DNA from: Octopus vulgaris
Taxonomy: Eukaryota
Length of the DNA stretch: 64,000 bases
Direction of reading: 5' to 3'
NCBI GenBank assembly: GCA_951406725.2
Contig: OX597822.1
Location: forward strand, 21,080,001 to 21,144,000
The notes beneath the pieces are model-generated. The model did no database searches and was not told the origin of the DNA. It saw nothing but the letters and a program-made list of their open reading frames with translations. The translations under genes and the position numbers were made by a program. The stretch's first letter is position 1. Each line of letters starts with the position of its first letter. Positions 52,293 to 64,000 of the stretch are shown piece after piece.

Positions 52293-52458
52293 ATGTATTT
52301 ATATAAAGCAATAAATACATATATAAAATAATATATTTTATATATATATTTTGGCATTACAACTGACCATATGGGGATAATTCCTCCCTTTTTGTTATTA
52401 TGTGTGTGTGCATGCATGTGTGCATAACTGTGTGCGTGTGTGCATAACTCTGTGTGTG

Positions 52459-52490
<32 letters not shown>

Positions 52491-52612
52491 AATTAAATTA
52501 GAGATAGAACCACTATTAGGCAACTATCTCTAATTTAATTCATATTTATACTGTGAAATTTGATTTAATCCTAAATCTAATTTTTCCCTGTAAGTTTGAA
52601 TATACTCCCTAA

Positions 52613-52645
<33 letters not shown>

Positions 52646-52664
52646 CAAACACACACACAGTTAT

Positions 52665-52698
<34 letters not shown>

Positions 52699-53131
52699 GC
52701 TTGTAGAAAACAACAAACAGAGAATTAGGGAATATCTCAATGCAAAATCTATAAACAAGAGTAAAATTGATAATGTGTATTGTGAAATTAACTTCAATGA
52801 TAATTTTCCTGAACTAGATTTTGATTCTTTAAGTAAAAGTAATTCTGACTCTGATAATACAGTTAAGTTAATATCTAGTTTTAACGTTAATTATAATAAT
52901 GATAATCCTGCCTAAACACTTAATTCTGAGAGGAGGACTAGCAGGAACTTTTAACCATGTGTACCAGATACAAGTGAATAAATGCCTTTGTAATTTCAAA
53001 GCAAAATTGTCTGCATTTTAGAAAATCAGTGTTTAAGGAAAAATATAGTCTATTAATGTAAAATAAGGGATCATAAATATTATTATATAAGTTCATCTAC
53101 AACACTCTGGAAATCTAGATTTCATAATCAT

Positions 53132-53543
53132 TCTCTCTTTTACTCTTTTACTTGTTTCAGTCATTTGACTGTGGCCATGCTGGAGCACCACCTTTAGTCG
53201 AGCAAATCAACCACCAGGACTTATTCTTTGTAAGCCTAGTACTTATTCTAAAGGGCTGAACCACTAAGTTACAGGGACGTAAACACACAAGCATCGGTTG
53301 TTAAGCGATGTTGGGGGGACAAACACAGACACACAAACATGCACACACACACACATATATATATATATACATATACATATATACGACGGGCGTCTTTCAG
53401 TTTCCATCTACCAAATCCACTCACAATGCTTTGGTCAGCCTGAGGCTATAGTAGAAGACACTTGCCCAAGGTGCCACACAGTGGGACTGAACCTGGAACC
53501 ATGTGGTTGGTAAGCAAGCTACTTACCACACAACCACTCCTGC
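53132..53543 (-). mobile_element. SINE family A, full length
   Basis: Reverse complement of 42332-42800. Confidence 0.92.
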
Positions 53544-53844
53544 ATTCATTTAAGTATAGAAGAAAAGGTAATTCTACAAATCTTAGTAAATGCATTTAGG
53601 ATTTAAAAGATAGGAACATTAAGTATGATTTAAATTGGTCCATTATTAATTATGCACCATCACACATAGAATATTGGCATTTCTATGTGTGATCTTTGTC
53701 TTGAAGAAATGTATTATATAATTACTTCTAAATTAATTTTATTAAATTTTAATGGAAATTTTATGATGAAATGTTTCCACAAATTTCAGAAGGTATTCAA
53801 ATATTTCAATTTTTAATTATAATTGCTTTTCATATATTATATTA

Positions 53845-54208
53845 CTAGCACTATGACCCGGCGTTGCCAGGTCATAGTGCAAGTGCATGCATATACAGCT
53901 GCGTGCGTGCACACATACATGCGAGTACTGTCCAAATCTCCGACCAATCACATACAGCTAGCTGGCATTCAATTGGCGTATCAAGTTTCGGGCATTTTGA
54001 TTGGGATTTGGATAGAAAATTCACAAAAAAGTCAATTTTATTGATTTTTTAATGGCTTTGCGGGGTAAATGAGGAAATGTAAAGATGTGCACGACCACCC
54101 TTGGACGGTTTTGAATAACCATAGAAAGTGCGAGCCCTCTAACTAAAATATTGTGGATTTGTATGAAGGACACACACACAGACATTTTGCTGTTTATATA
54201 TATAGAGA
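53845..54208 (-). mobile_element. Non-autonomous Helitron
   Basis: Minus strand begins TC, ends CTAG, inserted between A and T; subterminal hairpin GCACTATGACC...GGTCATAGTGC. Confidence 0.85.
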
Positions 54209-54645
54209 TAAGCATAATTTTTCTAAAAATGTTTACTCTATTTAATAAATAGATAACTAATTGTGATGTGAAATGTCTATATTTCTAATTGTCTTAACAT
54301 AGTATTCTAAAGTTTATTTTTTATTATCTAGTTATCCACTCATGTAAACAATAGTTGAAAACAAAAATAGCTTTTCCTAGATTATATTTCTTCTTCCTAT
54401 TCTTTTTGAATGTGTTTGTGTTCTGGAAATATTTCCTTGGTTCACTTTGAATTTAACTAATTTTGGATTGCCTTGAAAATGTTGTGTTAACATATATTTT
54501 TGGAAATATCAGTTTCAGTCATATTTTCTATATCTAAATATGTTAATACCACAGAAACAATAATCAGTTTTGTAAGGTGATTTCTACAATTTTCTCTATT
54601 TGTATTTTTGTTATACACATATATATATATATATATATACATATA

Positions 54646-54815
54646 GACACAGGTGTAACTGTATGGTAAGAAACTTGCTTCCTAACCATACCACATGATT
54701 CTTGGTTCAGTCCCACTGCATGGCCCCTTGGGCAAGTGTCTTCTACTATAAGTTTTGGGCTGGCCAAAGCCTTGTGAGTAGATTTGGTAGATGGGAACTG
54801 AAAGAAGTCTGTTGT
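54646..54815 (+). mobile_element. SINE family A, 5' half
   Basis: Matches 4834-4995. Confidence 0.82.
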
Positions 54816-54827
54816 ATATATATATGT

Positions 54828-54859
<32 letters not shown>

Positions 54860-55000
54860 GACAATCTTTAATTTGCACCATACAATACTGATGATCATTT
54901 CTGCTGTATCAACATATTTAAAAACTTTCTCCATTTCAAAGATAATCCACCATAAGCACTCTTAAATGAAGCAAATAATAGAGTGTATAACTTATATATA

Positions 55001-55212
55001 TGACGTGATGCTAAAAAGTTCGTGGCTGTAAGAGTATCACAAAGTGCCTGGTTGGAGATCCAAATTTCTTTGACATGGCTTAGGAAAACTGAAGGACTTG
55101 CTGCAATAACTGTGTGAATCTGAGAGAAGAACATGGTGAATAAAATCATTATTAATTGGTCGTCCAGTATTTTCTTTTTACCCAAAACCAGGAACTTTTC
55201 AGCACTCCCTCA
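55001..55212. mobile_element. Mariner-type MITE
   Basis: Imperfect TIRs TGCTAAAAAGTTCGTGG / CCAGGAACTTTTCAGCA with TA flanks. Confidence 0.7.
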
Positions 55213-56635
55213 TATGTGTATGTGTGGCCTTTTGTCATTGGTACAAAGTAAATTTTGTAGCAGTCATGTCGTTCTAGAAATGTCAATGAAAGCATTTTTA
55301 CTTTGTAATTATGTGTATATTAAAAGTTAATTGAAACCACTTTTAATGATCCCTAAATACACTGATTTACTCCAATACTATTTTTCATGTTTTCAAATTC
55401 TGCAGAAGTCAACTTTGTCAAGTACTAATCATGAATTGAGATTGATGATATGATCTAGTCTCTCCCCTCAAAATTACTGTTTTCATGCCAATATTAAAAA
55501 TAATTATATTTCAAATATACAACTGTTAACATAGAATCTGGGCTGAACAACTGCTACTATGTCAAAGGAGCTAATATAATCCTATCAGTAGAACTGAAGC
55601 CTATGGTTGAATATACCACAATATTAACCAATGAGACAAACACCACTAATAATATCACCACTGACATTCCACTTTCTGAGCCAATGGGGGAAGTCACTAC
55701 TCAGTAACTCACTCTCCAAGACATAGCAGCCAAATTTTCTCAAATCACAGCCTACCATCTTGGGAAAGGCTGGATACATATAATGTAGTCCAAGATTTAT
55801 ATATGTAATAAAAAATAAAATTGGTCACTTTTGGAATGTCTTTGATCATCACTCTGTTGAATCAGGCTTGACCTGGGGGATAAACAAACAAGAACAACAA
55901 CAAAAGCATTTAACTTTGAATATCTCCAGTGTCTTCTTTTGTGTTGTCAAAGTTAGAAAAGTTACTTGATTTCAGACACAAAAATCAACCCTTGCTACTA
56001 CTGTCACCATAGTGATTATTTTCCACCACCACCACTGCCACAACCACCACCACTGCCACAACCACCACCACCACCACCACGTTTGCTATATAAAACTGAC
56101 TAAATGCAAGAAAATTATCATGTCTCTTTTATGGTTCTTAAGTTATTATTTTTTTTAATTGATGAAAGCTTTGGATTGTTGAAGCAGTTTCAATAATTTG
56201 CAAGTTATAATTTAACTTGTTTTGTTCTATTTTGTTTTCCTCTGGTTTTTGAAGTTTTAAAATGCTGGATGTTTATTTTTTTTTTATATTCACTAAGTTA
56301 TTTTTACTTTATTGATATTGTTTTCAGGAAACTAGCCATTTTGTGTTTTGTTGCATTTCATTCACATTTCTATAAGATTTATATCTAAAAAAAAAAGTCA
56401 ATATTTAAGATTATAAGTACTCTTTTCAAAAATGATATATATATGCATGTGTGTATCTATATACATGTGTCTATGTGACTATGTGCAGCCATGTATCTTT
56501 GTGCATATGTTTGTCTATCTGTGTGCATGTATATGTCTGTGTATTTGTGTGCATCTATGTACATGTTTATAATTATGTGTATGTGAGTGTGCATTATCTA
56601 ATATACATAACTGCATCTGTGCATTCACAACAATT

Positions 56636-56703
<68 letters not shown>

Positions 56704-56792
56704 CACACACACATGTACATATACACACATATGTATGTGTGTATGTGAGTGTGTGTGCGTGTGCATGTAAATTGTTTTACTGGTTACTGTAA

Positions 56793-57484
56793 TCTCTATA
56801 TATAAAACTGAGAATGTGTGTCTGTCTGTGTGTTTCCCTAAAACTTGAGAACTACACAACCAATTTCATTCAAATTTTACACATGCCTTACTTAAGGTCC
56901 ATGTAGTTTCATGGGCAAAAAAAATGTTCAACTTCTTGCCTAGAGCGAGCCCATAGCAACACCACATCTTCTCCACTATTTCAGTATTACGTGTTAAAAG
57001 TGAAACAAAAACATTTCTGTATTTTATGTCAGATGCTTTCACTTTAACAATAAAAATAATAATAACAATTGAATTATATGTAGTAAGTAATAATTAAAAT
57101 CAAACTAAACTATAATATAATTGTAACATAACAAAAATAAAAATAGCAATTGGTATAAAATTGCATCAATGATTTGAACTTGAATAAGTTGTTTCACATG
57201 AATGGTAATAAATTTAAAATAAAATTAGTGTGCAGAAATGGAATAGTCCAGATGGATAATAAAAAATTAAATTAAAGAAAAGACTATTGTCTATAAAGTA
57301 TACAATGTAGAGAAAAAAGAAGATTTGGACAAGATGAATAAACGTATATTAAATACTATATAAGATAGATTCTTGATTTATTGAAATTAACTTCCCTTTG
57401 AGATAATTGCAACAAATTTTGAATGAGAAGGGGAAATAATCTTAAGGATCAGGAATTCTCGATGCTTAGTGGGTATTTGTTTAG
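56793..57484 (+). mobile_element. Probable non-autonomous Helitron, 3' end decayed
   Basis: 5' a|TCTCTATATATAAAA then TG/TGTC repeats, as at 54208; tentative 3' TTAG|t. Confidence 0.55.
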
Positions 57485-57959
57485 TTTTCTATCAATGGGG
57501 GGAATAATTTCAAAATATCAAGAATTTACCTTGTGTGATTTTAAATATTCCTTTATTCAGCTTTGTCATACAAATTAAACACACGAACACACACACACGT
57601 GTATCATCATCATCATTCATTGTCATTTTAATGTCCAATATTCCATGCTTGCATGGGTCAGATTTTCTACAGCTAAATACCCTTCCTGTTGCTAACTCTC
57701 ATCTGTTTCCAGGCAAGCTAATATTTTCCATGGTCAGACATGTTCTCACAGAATATTGGAAATGACTGACACTCTTTGTAAAACATCAACAATCATTTAC
57801 AAGTGTCAAGCAATGTCAAGACAAGGAGATGCACATATATACATATACATACATATTTGATATATATATATATAAAAGAAGTCAAGGGACCCTGCTAAGT
57901 CCATTCCTGCTAAGCTGATTTAGCCTCTTTCTTTCTTTCATTCATTCATTCATTCGTTC

Positions 57960-58530
57960 ATACATATACGTACATGGTGGCTGCCCCTTCGTTATCAAGT
58001 ATGGCCATTGCACGAAGCTTAATCAATGCTGTTATCGTGCAATGCCCGTGCAAGAAGATTTTTTTTAAAGTGAGGAAAGGCTGTGCACTGAGTCAATCCC
58101 ACTCACTAAGCAACAGCAGCCATAATCCGAAAAGAAGAATAAGTCAACATCATCGGTAACCACTGAGCTGCAGGTTTTATGTCGGAGTTATCCCAGTTAC
58201 CTGAGTTACCTTCTCCTAGAAGGATGCCCTAACAAAGGCAAGGAGTCCTTCACTCCCAATGGTTTAACCGCGCGATCAGGTATTCAGTCCGATTATTTCT
58301 ATGTCTGCGTGCATGATACAGCCTTAAGGCATTTATTGGATGGCCGTTGACTCTCAAGAGTTCCTCCACCCTTTGACGAGTTTTGTTTTTCATCCCGCAG
58401 GGTGACCAATAAACACCCTCCCCACCAAGCTTGCTTGGTGGGGTTGCCGGTTTAGTTGCCGACGACCCGACCATGCAACAGGTTGTACTGGGTTACATGT
58501 TACCAGTAGCACTCAAAAGTGATCTGACAT
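57960..58530 (-). mobile_element. Unclassified ~570-bp repeat with (ATGT)n-type tail
   Basis: Longer copy of 36972-37370; CpG-rich; internal 11-bp hairpin 58420-58443. Confidence 0.85.
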
Positions 58531-61499
58531 AAACATACATACATACATACACATACACACACACACACACAACAGACTAGCAAATCCACTCACAAGACTT
58601 TGGTTCACACCATGAGTGTTTCCCTAGTTCAAAACTGGGTGGCTGAGAGAATGTTTTTGTCTGTTATGTAGGTATATAAAATAAGAAGCAAAAGTGTTAT
58701 ACAAACTGCTAAGTCATACTTGCTTGCAAGTGATGGCATGCTCATGTGTGTGTGTATTGATTGTGGTGCAGCTCTCAGCTCTTGAGTGAGATGTTGGGGT
58801 ACTGTCACAACATACAGTATGTCATGGGCATTCCAAATATTTTCTTTTGAGGAAAATATTGTAGAAAACATTATGTGTTAGAAATTTAAATATCAGAAGC
58901 CCTACAATGCAGGAATTATTCTTTTATAAAATATATTAAATACATTTTAATCTATCGATATTTTAAGCCAAAACCATTAGACATGATTGAAACAGAATAA
59001 GCTTTATAATACCTCTGACAGATTCACTCTTTGGAGATTTTCAGATTGCAGCATTTTGGGTGAAACAATATCTCAACCATATTTAGTGTTTCTAAAATAG
59101 TTCATCTGCTGTAATTAGTTGGAACAAACAAATTAACGACTATTCTTCTCCTTTCTGTTGTTATAACTAACCTATGTGTTTTTTTTTTTAATTCTGGCAT
59201 GATGTTAATTTGTTGGTACTATTTTGGTTTGAGGAAGTGTTATGAATGTATTGTATATTTGAAGTTTGAGTAACAGAAGCTACAACAAAGCAGGAATTCG
59301 GTTTTAAAAATAAATTAAATTCACCACCTTTTTTTGGCCAGAGTCATGAGGAAACTGAGATTAAGAAGCAGCTGAAATAATGTTTGTAGCAGGATAATTT
59401 CTCTACAAACAATACATCTCCAGGTCATAGTGTTTTGAAGAAAAAAATAACCCTACCACTCTTTGTATCGCCAGAGTAATTCATTAGCCATAGTCTGTTA
59501 GTGAAAATAATTTAGCATCTATTCTAGTCATTTGTTCCTTTAACATCCTTTTTACTATGTTAGCAGAGAAAGGGACTGTTTTATGCTTGGATGTCCTTCC
59601 AGTTACAAACCTATGTCTGTTTTTCAAGTGAGGGATCTTTTAATTTACTTGTCTCCAAAAGCTCAGAAAAACCAGTCACAAGGTTAACAAGTAATGGAAC
59701 CCTAAACCATGAAGTTGTAAAGCAAAATTCTTAACCTTGTATCCATGCCTTTTCTTTGGAGGCATGGCTTGGATGGTTTGCATTAGTCTGTGTAAGTCCT
59801 TATTTACAGTTACTGCCCTCCTGAATGAACACTTTTTTCCCCTCTGAGTAACCATGAAAGCTAAAACAAAATTATATTTTATAATTGCAGTTTGTAATAA
59901 GCTTGTTGGCTTTTCCTTTATTAGGGATTTGCAAATGTAGCTTTTATTTTCTTAATGCTAATGTATTAGGTAAAAACTATAAATTTTTATTGTTATTGTG
60001 GTTTAACCTCCAAGTCAAAGGTGACTGAGCAGACTTATGATAAAAAATGTTACAGCCATGATTATCTCATCTTTTGTATCACACATAACATATTTATGTC
60101 TACATAATCTTGTGTTTTATCTATTTTCATGATTGTAGGTTGTGACTCGAGTGAGATTTGATTGCATGTTTTTAACAAATCAAGTGACTGTATTGAGAAT
60201 CCCTAGTTAGTTTGTCCATATAATGTTCTCTCTGGCACTTATGAAGTAGCTTTCAACAAGATTTTATGAAGATCTCTTGACTTCCTTTGCAGTATCTAAT
60301 TTTTTTTCACAACTTTATGATGTTTGAAGTTTCTTCATTTGGGAATAAAATATATATTTGGTTCACTCAGTTTGATGACTTCTCTTGAGATTAATGCTTG
60401 GTAGGGATTGAATTTTGGTTATGGCTTTAACATCTTGGTCTCTTGATGGCTTCCTGTGAGTCTACAAGTAAACTGAACAAAACAATCAAGAAATTTATCA
60501 TTTACAGTACCATGCACGAGTGGCGTTATTTCTGGTACAGTCAGGAAATCAATTGTAATCGATCAGGTTCCTTAATAACAAGATATATTTATCTTGATAT
60601 ACAGAAAAAGAGAATTGGATGTAAGATGGCTTGATTTGTTAGGCAGGAAAAACAGTGAAATATAATGACTCAGGCCAAACATAACAGGTTACACAATCAA
60701 AATCAAAGGAAATAACAAGTTAATTGTTTTCAGGTCCTAACATATTAAGATGGGAAATGTGAAGATGTTTAAATCATAAAATAGGCTTGATTAAAATTAC
60801 TGAGTTGACTGAATATTTGACTACTATCAGTTCTGTTTTGAAGGTCTCTAGTTCAAACACACTGGACACATTTCACTATTTATATTATATAAAATTTGGG
60901 GAGCAATAGCATTGTTGTTTATCAGTTCCTAATGAGGTGATCATACATTGACTTGTTCAGGGTCATTTCCAATGTGAATGAATCAAAAAACCACCTGGTT
61001 GAAAAGTGAACTTCTTAACTAGACACCTATGCATGAGTCAAATATCAAATGTTGGTATTTTCTATTCTCAGTTTTACATACATCTACAGATGCAATACTT
61101 GGACACATTGTCCTAGGGTCACTGAGTATTTTGGGTTTTACAACATACATGCATCCAGGTGAGCCAACCTAGGTTGATTAAGTTTAGACCTGTGTCCAAG
61201 TGGCATTCTACTGACACCACCAACCACCTCTTTTTAGTAAGAGCCACATAGATGCTTTCTCAGAAACCACTGCATTGTCTTTGATGGCTCTTTTTCTGCT
61301 CAATTCTGTAATATCCAAGTTTCCATTGGCCTTACCCTGAGTAGGACCAGTGAAACTTAGACTGCCAGCCTCTACTCGCACTTCGTTCTCCAGCCAGTCT
61401 TGCTGTCCACCACCAACTTCTATTCCTTATCTTTCTTCCCCTTGTCCTTCATCCTCTCTTTCCAGGGCCCAGTTAACTCCAATAGAATTAGCTGCTTTA

Positions 61500-62050
61500 T
61501 TTACATTCATTGGAATTGATCAATGGCTAATATACACTTTTAGCTTCAAAACAGAAAGATATTACTGTTGTGACTTTCATATTTCTCCAGAAAGTATCAT
61601 TCAAGTAATTGGTTCCCAACCTAAGTTTTGCTGATGTTTTATTGGTTATACTATCATGTTTACTAACAACCATTCCAAATAAATTCTTCAATATTTCAGT
61701 TTGAGTCTCACATTAATTAGATACCGAGTAGTTAACCTCGTTCAAAATACTCTCTATATCTAATTCATTAGGAGTGAAATCACCAAGGGGAAAACCAATC
61801 AGAGGTGTCATCTGCATGAAAAACTACAACACATGTAACGCAGTGAACATCAAAGCGCTAATAAAAATAATCATGCAGTAAAGGAAAGACAGCATTAGCT
61901 GAATGACTAATATTATTTAAATCATTCTGGTATATGTGAGACACCTGTGAGATGGCGTTGATGGAGTCTAGTGATTATTAGCTTCCATCAATTAATCTTT
62001 TTCAAGTTGTCACTACCAAAATATTTTTCACCAAGCCATGCCAGGAATAT
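61500..62050 (-). pseudogene. Very decayed CR1/L2-like RT remnant
   Basis: IIFISAL, FHADDT and VRLKLKY (cf. IFINDL, YADDT, VRPxLEY) in the expected order. Confidence 0.4.
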
Positions 62051-62319
62051 CTTTTTCTCCTATTGTCTTTGATAGATAGGCCTTTCTTAGCACCATTAAA
62101 GACCCCTGAGTAAAGCAATGCACAGGTTCTCCAACATACACAATCATAGCATAGGTAGATTAATATTGGGCCCCTACACCTATGGGTACCCCTAAGTAAC
62201 TGCCCAGTGTGCTCGTGCTTTAAGACAGCACTTATTTTAGGTCTTCAATTTCAGATGTGTTTTTGCCAGCATGTTAGTGGTCTTTATTCTTTATTAGGGT
62301 TTTGGAAGTCACCAAAATA

Positions 62320-62460
62320 TTAGGTTGTCCCAAAAGTTCGTAAACACTTGCGAAAATTGAATTTTTACTCGCCAAGTACTAACAAAAACAACAAAAATTA
62401 TTCCTCAAAATAAAGACCATTATTTTCCAAGACTTTCTACGAACTTTTGGGACAACCTTA
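62320..62460. mobile_element. Tc1/mariner-type MITE
   Basis: Perfect 21-bp TIR AGGTTGTCCCAAAAGTTCGTA 62322-62342 / 62438-62458; TA on both flanks. Confidence 0.88.
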
Positions 62461-64000
62461 TATAACATACATATGGCAGTGGTCAGCAATGGGTGGAATG
62501 TGTCTCCTATTTGGTCTTGTACTAATGCCATGTGATATTTTGAGCCCTCATGAGAAACCTAGTGTGCAGAGACTTCACCATATTTGCAAAAGAAGTGATA
62601 AAAAAAACTCACAGAGTGTACAATATTGTACATAAAAAAAGTGTAGAAAATTAGCATATTTCGAAAAATAAATCACCGAGGGAATTGTAATCATAGAAAT
62701 ATAATAACTAGTTTCCAAAACTCATTAACTTTATATTTCATGTCTCTTTCACATTCCTATATAATAACAGAGTTGTTATTTGTAATATTATAGAAGAATT
62801 GTTTTAAATGACTATATCAACCATTCTTAAAAAATAGGGCCTAAAAAACCTAAACAAAATAAAATATTTCAATATGTGAAATCCATTAGAGTTTTTGTCA
62901 GACAACATGCATATTAAAAATTCAGCTTGTTGCCATGATTTATGGATATATTAATTATTTGTAAGTATTAATATCAGAATCCACCAAAGGCTTCAAATTT
63001 AAAGTATTTATCCCAATATCAGAATGATTTATTATTAGAATATAAAGAAGTTATTAATATAGAGCTGCAAGTGGTTGAGAACTTGAAAGGGTCAATTAAT
63101 AGAGAAATGCTTCTCCTAATGCAGTAAATATTTATAACTGCAGTCGATGACATTGGTCCTAATGTAGTCTCTTGTAACCCAATTCAGAGGTGGTAGAGTA
63201 TTGTTCTTGTTGTTTTCCACTCAAAGAATTTTTAAACCTAAAATTTTTAGCTAATGCAGCATATTGGTACATATTTACAGATAAGCAGAGTGTGCCAATT
63301 GGAGATAAGTACTTTTGTCAGAGACATTATTTAGCATTAGAGATGTGGTACTTATAACTATTTCTTCAGGAGTGTTGTTAACTAGTGATATGATACATAT
63401 ACCTATTCCATCAGACGCTGAGTATTAGTTATTAGCTAAAATTATGTTCTTTTACACTTTGCATATTTATTTCTAGTCAGCTTCTAAATGTTTTATCCAT
63501 TACATATGTTGCCAGTATGAATAGGTATCATTCATTCTGTTATTAGCAGTGGTTGTCAAAGTTACTATCAGTTGTGGTAGTCTTTCAGTTAACTCATTGG
63601 CAATGAAATTTACAAGTATATTTTTATGTATGAATAACTTTTGTGAGAGTTTCACATGAATCTTGAAAGTGTTAACTTCTCCAGTGCAAAACTTACAGGT
63701 AATATACTTTTATATTGCAGTCATTTCATATATATATATATACATACACATACACGCATAAAGATGTGGGGGGTATACACACACACACACACACACACAC
63801 ATAGAGCCAACAGCTAAATATGTAAGAAAGTTAATTCATTGAGAACAGGCAGCACCAGTTACAATAGTCACTTATATTACATAATACTCTTAACACACTG
63901 ATAGGTGAAAGAATTAACTCCTTCATAATAGAATTTTGAATTAGAATAGTTACATGTAGTATTAATAGTGAAGTCTAATTATATTCTGGTGTGAATGATG

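Overview
AT-rich eukaryotic, repeat-dominated DNA, intronic or intergenic. The repeat families and microsatellite spectrum suggest a cephalopod such as Octopus (inference, no search run). I found no intact host protein-coding gene; most ORF-track entries are microsatellite translations or antisense to transposons. Recognisable content: RTE LINEs (one ~3.2 kb decayed copy plus fragments), R4/Dong-type RLE LINE remnants in (AAT)n tracts, CR1/L2 fragments, Penelope-like elements (PLEs) with GIY-YIG remnants and hammerhead ribozymes, three tRNA-derived SINE families, decayed hAT (Buster/Charlie) and mariner transposons, MITEs, non-autonomous Helitrons and an unclassified ~560-bp element. Most notable: (1) a perfect 155-bp palindrome carrying a type I hammerhead on each strand; (2) a PLE terminus with a tRNA-like Pol III head just upstream of a minimal hammerhead; (3) a variable-copy ~62-nt repeat in the RTE 3'UTR whose core can fold as a compact H-type pseudoknot; (4) the tandem ~560-bp element; (5) an orphan housekeeping-type promoter motif cluster at ~38.2 kb. 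All folds and family assignments were made by eye, and boundaries of decayed elements are approximate.
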